Shown: positions 55,431-64,000 of the stretch, piece by piece
Numbering within the stretch: the stretch's first letter is position 1
Layout: each line of letters starts with the position of its first letter
Source of the DNA: Chrysomallon squamiferum
Lineage: Eukaryota; Animalia; Mollusca
Direction: 5' to 3'
Length of the DNA stretch: 64,000 nt
Assembly (NCBI GenBank): GCA_012295275.1
Contig: CM022669.1
Span: forward strand, 15,562,001 to 15,626,000
Notes under the pieces: generated by a model
Database searches by the model: none
Told to the model about the DNA's origin: nothing
Seen by the model: only the letters and a program-made list of their open reading frames with translations
Translations under genes and position numbers: made by a program

Positions 55431-56125
55431 CTGACTCATAATTATAGTTATTTAACGAATTGATTTATACAATGAAATGAAATATTTCAGCGAAAACATG
55501 AATAAAATAAAATGGAGTAAAATAAATATTACCACCCTGCCCCCCGTCCACAAAAATAATCGCAGTGGATTTATTACTATTTATTATTTACTGAAACTAG
55601 CGGAATTTTCAAATAATTATTATGCTGACTGCCAAATAAATTGTAAAAACATTAATTGCGAGCTGTCCTGTTTAATGCTACACCTGCCATTTTGTTTGTT
55701 TGTTTGTTTGTTGTTGTTTACTTTCTTAGCTTTTGGTCCCCGGAAAAAAAGTACCGGTTGGACCCACCTGTCACAAGCCCTGGCTGTCATTGCACAACTC
55801 CTGTTTAACTTCCTGGTTTGCTGCTTTCTAATAATTACCAGTGTTTCGTATATTTTCGAAAGGAAAGTTCGTATGCGCATTCATAATTATAGTTTTGTAA
55901 TGAAGAGGAAAATATAATGAAATGAACTGTTTCAGCGAAAATATGAATAAAAACAGAGTAAAACAAATAGTAAAAAAGGCTAAATAAAATCGGACTGGGT
56001 TTACTACTACTACTATTACTACCTGTGCAACTATGATAATGGCAGAATGTAGTTCATAACTATTACTGTCAGACACCTACTAATAGTATTACTGTATACT
56101 AATAATGCTTATTACGAACACTCAC

Positions 56126-56209
56126 CTGTGTATGGCCAATGATACTGTTTTTACACAGTGATATTGTATCTTTAACATCCTTGTGAAATTGTTCAGTTCT
56201 AGCAGCCAT
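56126..56209 (-). pseudogene. Duplicate of PARP first coding exon (cassette 4), apparent 2-nt frameshift
   Basis: MAARTEQFHKDVKDTISLCK, then 2 extra A in a homopolymer, so the exon ends in phase 0 rather than the phase 1 required by exon 2. This could be a sequencing error. Confidence 0.65.
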
Positions 56210-56866
56210 ATCGAAATGATATTTAGATAACAAAATAAAAATTTATTATGATTAAGAAATCGCCTACTTTGGGTTTGTCTTTACGACAGGATGCTGTCTC
56301 TGCTCATCCTTTGCTTAACTTCATGGTTTGCTGCTTGCTAATAATTACCTTCAAAAACCGGAAGAAACAAATCCGCGAATTTCCATTATTTTCATAAAGA
56401 AAGCTCGTATCCATTCATAATGATAGTTATTTAATGAATAGATAAATGTAATGAAATATTTGTGAAAAAACATGAATAAAAAAAAAAAAAAAAAAAAAAA
56501 ATAACATCAGTAAAATAAATGATCAAAAAAGCTAAACGAAATCTAAGTGGGGCTATTGTTATTATTATTATTATTATTGTGATGTTTTTATTCATGTCCT
56601 TTTTAATGCAACAACTGCCTCTTTTTTTTTATCGCTGACGACCCTCCATATGGGATTTCGCTACTTTCAAAGTAATGGACTATTTTAATCAAATGATTTT
56701 TGCGAGAACGATTATGTTGCGACCCAGTTTATGGTGTGGAAATTTCCGGTTATATTTTTAAGTATAAATGTAAACACTAAATGTGGCGTTGAAAATGTAT
56801 TTTATAACACTGCCGTGTGTGTGTGTGTGTGTGTGTGTGATACAAACTCAGAAATACCATATATCC

Positions 56867-59123
56867 AGTTTATCGAGTATTATTTTATAACTTAAATCTT
56901 ATGCTTTATTCTTTTAGTTATACTTGTTATATAGCGCCGTTAATAAGCGACATGTTCTTTTTCTTTAGACAAACATTCTGACGTCTGCTAATTTACAAGT
57001 AGGTCAGTAATGTCGATCGTCTGCAAACTTGACTGTACTGAACGGGATTAAGAATACAGGCCGTCCTGTCAACGGGAACAATGACACATCCCACAATTCC
57101 GTGGTAATGACGTAACGTCAGCGAATCAGTCGTTTCAACATGGCAGCCTATTCAGCTTGTTGTTTAGATTCTGTAATTCATGTCTTGACCGAAATGTTAT
57201 TTTATTTCTACCGTAACAGTAAATGTGTAAACAACATACATTCTGTTTCCTTGCATTTATTTACACGGGTTTAACTGATGTGAATAAAAGTCGTCTTCGA
57301 ATAATTTCGACAGTTCAAATAATTTATAAATACGAATTTACTGGCATATGTAGAATAGATTTCTTAATGTTATAAACAATTAACTTATGTTGGAAAAAAC
57401 CCAACAAAAAACTAAAACAGCAATCGAAAAAACAAAAAAAAAAAAACCAATAACAACAAATTGTAACTGACAGAAATGGGTAATTTCCTGGTATGGGCAC
57501 ATCTTAGAAATTATGGCTATTTTTTCTGTCAGAGACCGTACTGCTGTTTTTTTTTTTTTAGATGAAACACTAATAATAATAATAAAAATGATAATAAAAT
57601 GATAACAGCAGCATTAATATACATGCATATATATATATATATATATATATACATAGAGTGTATATGCATAAAAACAGAACAAAACTGAATATTTGAAATA
57701 ACATAATTTCCATTTAGAATGAAATTAAATGTATAACACATTTATTTGACAGAAGTCATAAATTCAAATAAACAATTTACCTCAGTTTTCATAATCATGA
57801 TTATATCATAAAAATCATATTAAAAACAAATTAAAAAAAGAAAAATAGTTTAAAACTCTAGTAATTGCAACATACCCATAAAATCTCATACACACCAACA
57901 AGCACATACTAAACATTTCTTCAGTTACCTCAAATTATTTGATTATTTACAATCATCACAAAAATATATATATATATTTCTTACACATGCGGAAATCTGA
58001 ACTTGACACTTTTCATAGTAGTATGTTTCAGTTAAAAATAATGTAATTGTTAGAGATGCTATACGGATTCGTCTTGTCATTAAAGTCATCTATTAAACTA
58101 AGTCAAGGCACAGTCAACATACAAGAATACCAGTACAAGTAATAACAAAGGAAGTCAAGTGTTTATTTTTTTTTCCAGAATTTTACCAGACTGCTGCATC
58201 CTGAACAAGCCTGAATTTATACATCTGTTTGTTATACTATGTACATGTTACAGGAAATGTATAATGCCTGAACATTTCGGAAAATATGTGTAATCATTAA
58301 ACTGAAAGTAATGTGTCCAGAACTGGTGATGGTCCATGGGAAATCTAGGTGTCCACTGAATCAAGGTTTTTTTTTAGAAAGAGCAAGCTGTGACAATAAG
58401 GTCATGCTTGCTTACGAGATAACAACAGAAATGAGTGGATTGTGGGACTCTTAACTTTACTTTCAGAAAAACTCCAGTCTTCACAGTGTTCCCCATTTGC
58501 AGCCCTGTTGGATTCTGGTGCTCTCACTGATCTGTTGTCATCTAGACTCACTCCTGAAATTCTCCACACACTGCAGCCAGAGAATAACCTATCTCCTGGC
58601 AGCCAATCTGTTGCCAGTTTCTTACTGAATCAGATATTACATACATTTTCTGAAATTTTCAGGAATTATACATATGAGAGAGAGCGGGAGTTATCAATCT
58701 TTCAGTTAGCAGTCAACATATATCCACTTTATTTAATGTTTCTGAAAGCTGACTGCATTCATTATTTCGGTTTTGTATTTTTCCACTTGTGTGTTTATTC
58801 CATTATCTGCCATCTGTCCATCTTCATAGCTGTGAAAAACAAAGAAAGAAAAGTTATTAGTATCACAAGTTTTCTATCACCTGATGACAGATAATGAAGT
58901 AATGTTTTCAGATCTTATGAGACCATTTTGAATATTTCCTGGGAATGTACTTAAGCTCCAGATAACTGTTGTCAAAATAGGGATTTTATTTGATTAATTT
59001 GATTTCATGAGAAGAAAGAAAGATGAAACAAATAATGTCGCTGGTAATAACATTTCTCACTAAGTTGGTAAAATAAGGTCCACTATGACCATGTAATATA
59101 ATAATAATAATAAAGATAATAAA

Positions 59124-59160
<37 letters not shown>

Positions 59161-59807
59161 GTAACAATAATAATACAATCCTCCCCAAAACTTAACATAC
59201 AGAAATTAAATAATAATAACAGTGGTAAGAAGAAGAAGGTAAATTAACAACTGTAACTGGAATAACAATCTTAAAAGAAAAGAAAAAATATGAAATAAAT
59301 CAACTTAATTTCAAAAGGATGCTAATAACCAAGGCATTATGAAAATAAATAAATGAACAAGCGAATAAATAACTCCATCAATAACAATTACAATGAAAAT
59401 GAAACTTACACAAAAAAGAACCTTGTACAGACATGGTTATCATTGGGACATACCCAAATTTCATTATGTTTTTTCAGGCTTGGAGAAGTTATAACTGAAA
59501 TAAATTCAAATGTATTAAAGACTTCATTTTGCACATACATCTCAAACATTTTAACACAAGTACATATATATATATATATAAATAATTGCATAAAAATTCA
59601 AAATAATTACAGTCTGTCTTTATTCAACAAGGATAACAATAAGGACAAATCTCAAACATGACAACATATTATTTATATATATATTTTGTAAATTATTTTT
59701 AATTATTTCATGTTGTGTAAAAGACAGTGAAATTAATTTCACCCACCTTCACAAAGAGCTATACATGTGATGTTGTCACTAACGACAAATCTTGAACTGG
59801 ACTGAAA

Positions 59808-59842
<35 letters not shown>

Positions 59843-60387
59843 AATATTTTGATTAATCACACACACAAACATACACAGGCACATACACACACTGTAAATG
59901 AACAGAAATCTAGTTTATATTTATGCTTTAAAGAGTTATCTCCCTTCCTATATAGAAACTGAAGAAAACAAAAACCATTTTGTAATGAATTATTTATCTG
60001 TAATATTCTAAATATTAAATTAAAATAATTAAATAAATAAATAAATAAGAAGCCAACAAACTTAAGTCAATGCATTTTTTAAAATTCCCACACAAACAGA
60101 CAAACAGACTAAATTCACCTGATTTGTGCAGCTTTTAGGATAAGCACCCTGCATCATCCTTGAATAACCAGCTGATACAGATATGGATGGACTCAAATAA
60201 ATCCCTTTCCCATGAGCTGCTCCATTCATCTGCATAATAAACAATTTACCTATTACTTACTCATTCACAAAATAAAATATTTTTGTTATGACGTTAATAA
60301 TCAAAGTATGGCAACATCATAATTTTCTAGCACATTTCGTATTTAAGTCTTGTATGCGTGATTATTTTGCTTCTTCATGTACTATTG

Positions 60388-60429
<42 letters not shown>

Positions 60430-61207
60430 ACAGTATACTGCTGTAGATTATAGTATTTGTAAAACTGAATGACAGCTTACACACAAAAACCATCATGAAG
60501 GTGTATTGTATTATTAAAGTTTTCAGATTTACATTTTCAGGTTAAAAACAGTCCTTTTTGTAGGGAATGATCTATCTCCAGCTGCACATGCTTTGTGCTA
60601 TTATAAGACAGCAGAAAGTTTCATTTGTAGAGCTGGTTGGTTAATTTCTAATCAGGAATCGTGAATAAGGAATATTTTGTACTTGAAGTTGCAATGGCAT
60701 TTTAGTTGCTTATGGATTATTATATATTGAAATCTCAACAGATTACTGTATATGACATGAGAGACAAGAGCAGCTGCCATCATTCTATTGGCTATTTTTG
60801 ATCAATTAAATGGAAGGGATTTTAAAATGTACTTCCTATGGAAGCATTGGTTGCAAATAGGCCCAAGAAAGAACTAAAAAGACAGGTGTTAGTATTAATA
60901 TTACAACGTGAAATTCTAGCATTGTCTATGTGTTCTGATGTTAGTTAAGTACACCATGTTGATGTTACATGTGAAATTCTAGCAGTGTCTACCTGTTTTG
61001 ATGTGCCTGATGCCACAATGAGTCCCTGGCGAATAATGGAATGCCAATTTTCTATACTTGAGCCACTGAAAAATAAAATAATTTTAATTAGTACAGATCA
61101 AAAGTAACATAAGATGAAAAAGAAACATGTGAAACCAAAGTAAGATAATTTAAAACTTAATAAATAAATAAATGAGAAGAATAAGTAAATAACAAAATAC
61201 TGATGAA

Positions 61208-61240
<33 letters not shown>

Positions 61241-63020
61241 TAATTTCTTGTGGCAAAACTAATAAAAAGAAATAAGCACCACAAATAGTTGCAACAGAGG
61301 TAGTAGTAGTAGTAATAACAATAGTAGCAGTACTAATACATAAATAAATATATAAAAATAAATTGGTCAACAGACTGAAGTAAAATGTAATACTTTAAGA
61401 CAGAATGAATAAAACTGCACGTACTGGAAGGCAAATGTGCTGCCATGTTTCTTTCTTTCTTGCTGGAAGATACTTTCTTTTGCTGGTGGACTGCTGAGAA
61501 GCAGAAACTGATGAGGCGTTTTCATGCAGCGGATTTGCTGAAAATGGACAATGAAGTTTGAAATTGTGTTTATACAGCAAGTGTATTTAAGCCCAAACTA
61601 TTTTTCTGAGTCGAATTTGATTTTGTTTCTCTCTCTGTCTTTTGATGTGAATTTGTGCAAGCATACTGTTGGTGTGAATGTATGTGTGTACACCAAAACC
61701 AGACGTTTATTAACATGGGCCACATTTATTACAAGCTAATGAATGAATGAAAAAAATAACAAACTATGTTTACTATATTTTAAGTAACTGTTATGTCAGA
61801 TGGCAGGCTGGACAATTTTGACAGGTGGGCTATGCCTGTGTTATTTTTTACAGCTTGCCAACCCACAATATACAGTTATACTAATTTTTTTTTTTTTTTT
61901 TAAAACAGGTATGGATCATACACTTCATCTGACAAAAACAATACTTACTTTCAGTGTTGGTAGTTTCACAATATGTGATCTGTTGCTAGAAATAATCCTG
62001 AAAAGCAGAAAAGTAAAATCCACTAAAGTAAAGTTATAAATTATTTAAATGGCAGGAAATAATTTGAACTGCTTAAAACCAGTATTTGTTAACCCATCAA
62101 GGACAACTGTTGACATAACTGATTTGAAGATTATAGTGGAGGTGAAGAAAAAAAAAAAAATGAAGTGATGTATTAAAATTCTGAACTAGTAACATTGACC
62201 CTATGTCTTGCTTCCCTTTAAGATTGGATTTAGCTTATATACCAGGTTTAAAACTTTCTGCCAGACATATATATAATTTATTCAAACTGCTGGGGTTCAT
62301 CACAAACATGTATTTCTATAAAATAACAGAAAAAAAAAAGTTTTTGTTTACATATTTCAAAAGAAATAATTTAAAAAAAATATATATGTTTTTCATTCAT
62401 GTTTTGAAACAAGAGAAAGTTGTATAAAGGTTATATGAAAAGAATAGTTAATTTTTCCCAAATTTTGTTGTTAACATTTTGTAGTGTTTATTTTTAAAAT
62501 ATATAAATTCCAAATGAGGAAACTCTAGCACAAATAGTTTTCTCTATATGTATAAGAGTTTCCAAAAATGTTAGGATAGTACCAAAAAAAGATAGGTGAT
62601 AAAAAAAAAAAAAAGAAGTTTCATAAACCATATTTCGACTTATTGTGCCTATAGGGGTGATTAATGTTGATGCATCATTATTATGTAATGTGTGTATATG
62701 CCCTTTCTTTTTCGAAAACCTGAAACATTTATCTGAAAATGTAAATTTTGTATGTACATTTTCTAAACAGTCATGTCAATTATCTAAAAAAACTATTTTG
62801 TCCCTTTAAATTAATTACCATTGTAAAAGTGGATACGCCAAATGATGTCTTCTGTCAAGTTCTTTCTTCATCTCGGAACTCGGCATCTGCATCATTTCTT
62901 GCACTGAAGGAAATGTGTCTAAGATTCTTTGAACTTCACCGTAGTTTTTTTTCTGAAATTTTATTATTTAAAAAAAATAAGAGGAAGAAGAAATACAGTT
63001 TGAAATATGAAAGAAAAAGG
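56867..63020 (+). repeat. Segmental tandem duplication, right copy (homologous to 38886-44810)
   Basis: Same colinear homology. Both left edges lie just after a (TG)n tract (38736-38765 and 56815-56839). Confidence 0.9.
58733..62952 (-). CDS. PARP8: PARP6/PARP8-family paralog, copy B; last 8 coding exons (catalytic domain), 5' part beyond the window end
   Basis: Exons 62819-62952 (KKNYGEVQRILDTFPSVQEMM..AYPLLQW), 61949-61997, 61425-61537, 60993-61065 (HGSSIENWHSIIRQGL), 60119-60229 (GAAHGKGIYLSPSISVSAGYS), 59747-59801, 59410-59494 (KHNEIWVCPNDNHVCTRFFFV) and 58733-58829 (YEDGQ..FQKH*). Exon sizes and phases match copy A (the terminal exon is 3 codons longer) and there are no internal stops. 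Confidence 0.9.
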
Positions 63021-63039
63021 TTATAAAGATTCTACTGTC

Positions 63040-64000
63040 CAACAGTTATCTGTATAATGGGTTGCTGTCTGTACAATACATATTACCTGTATTATGGGTA
63101 AGTCAAGATTGTGAAGATTTTATTTTGCATTATTGGTGATTGCCTGTATTGTACAGTAGTGATCTATATTATTGGTGACAGCCTTTATTGTACAGTAGTG
63201 ATCTGTATTATTGGTGATACAATATTATCAGTATCAGGGTCAACTGTATTGTACAGAAGTTATCTGTATTTTGGGTGACTGCCTGTATTGTACAGAAGTT
63301 AATTGTATTATGGGTGACTGCCTGTATTGTACAGTAGTGATCTGTATTATTGGTGACAGCCTTTATTGTACAGTAGTGATCTGTATTACTGGTGATTGCC
63401 TGTATTGTACAGTAGTGATCTGTATTATTGGTGATTGCCTGTATTGTACAGTAGTGATCTGTATTATTGGTCATTGCCTGTATTGTACAGTAGTGATCTG
63501 TATTATTGGTGATAGCCTTTATTGTACAGTAGTGATCTGTATTATTGGTGACTGGCTGTATTGTACAGTAGTGATCTGTATTATTGGTGACTGCTTGTAT
63601 TGTACAGTAGTGATCTGTATTATTGGTGACTGCCTGTATTGTACACTAGTGATCTGTATCATGGCTGATTGCTTGAACTGTAAATTAGTTATCTGTTTTA
63701 TGGGTGACTGCCTATACTGTACAATAGTTATCTCTATTATGGATGACTGTTTGTACTGTATTGTACATTTGTTATCTGTATTATGGTTAACTGCCTATAT
63801 TGTATAGTAGTTATCTGTATTATGGTTAACTGCCTATATTGTATAGTAGTTATCTGTATTATGGTTAACTGCCTATATTGTATAGTAGTTATCTGTATTA
63901 TGGGCGAGTGCGTGTATTGCACAGTTGTTGGTGATATGGATAACTGCATTATACAGTAGTTATATACTAATATAGATAACTGTTGGTATGTAGGTAACTA
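63040..64000 (+). repeat. 39-bp minisatellite (TGTATTGTACAGTAGTGATCTGTATTATTGGTGACTGCC) in an intron of PARP copy B
   Basis: Visible period of 39, degenerating at both ends. It explains the periodic ORFs at 63208-63949. Confidence 0.93.

Noticed and set aside
58420-58894. ORF 58442..58894 (+) and a ~73-codon open minus-strand stretch downstream of copy B's stop
   Set aside because: The homologous region in copy A (40420-40560) has several deletions and no conserved frame that I could find, so it is best read as 3' UTR.
63208-63949. Cys-rich repetitive proteins (CLYCTVVICIIGD)n; likewise (MLTMVCCNVTR)n at 40101-40481
   Set aside because: They arise from 39-bp and 33-bp minisatellites whose unit lengths are multiples of 3, located in an intron and a 3' region.

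Overview
Eukaryotic (animal) genomic DNA, very AT-rich and dense in (AAT)n, (AG)n, (AC)n and (ACT)n microsatellites. The style suggests an invertebrate, possibly a mollusc or cephalopod (inference only). Almost all ORFs in the supplied track are microsatellite artefacts. Real content: (1) A minus-strand PARP6/PARP8-family mono-ADP-ribosyltransferase gene, copy A (40629-55245). I reconstructed 22 coding exons with consistent phases, about 765 aa, with RWD-like N-terminus, an extra UBA exon, a C4 zinc finger and an H-Y-I catalytic domain. (2) The last 8 exons of a tandem paralog, copy B (58733-62952), about 18 kb away and continuing beyond the window. (3) Between them, an array of four duplicated first-exon/promoter cassettes, of which only one is intact. 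(4) A GC-rich orphan ORF (30811-31297, minus strand) with a single 1-nt frameshift. (5) A 3.4-kb satellite of 28-bp units (25011-28404) that grew from one unit inside an inverted, internally deleted copy of that orphan gene's 5' region. The first ~24 kb is largely non-coding.
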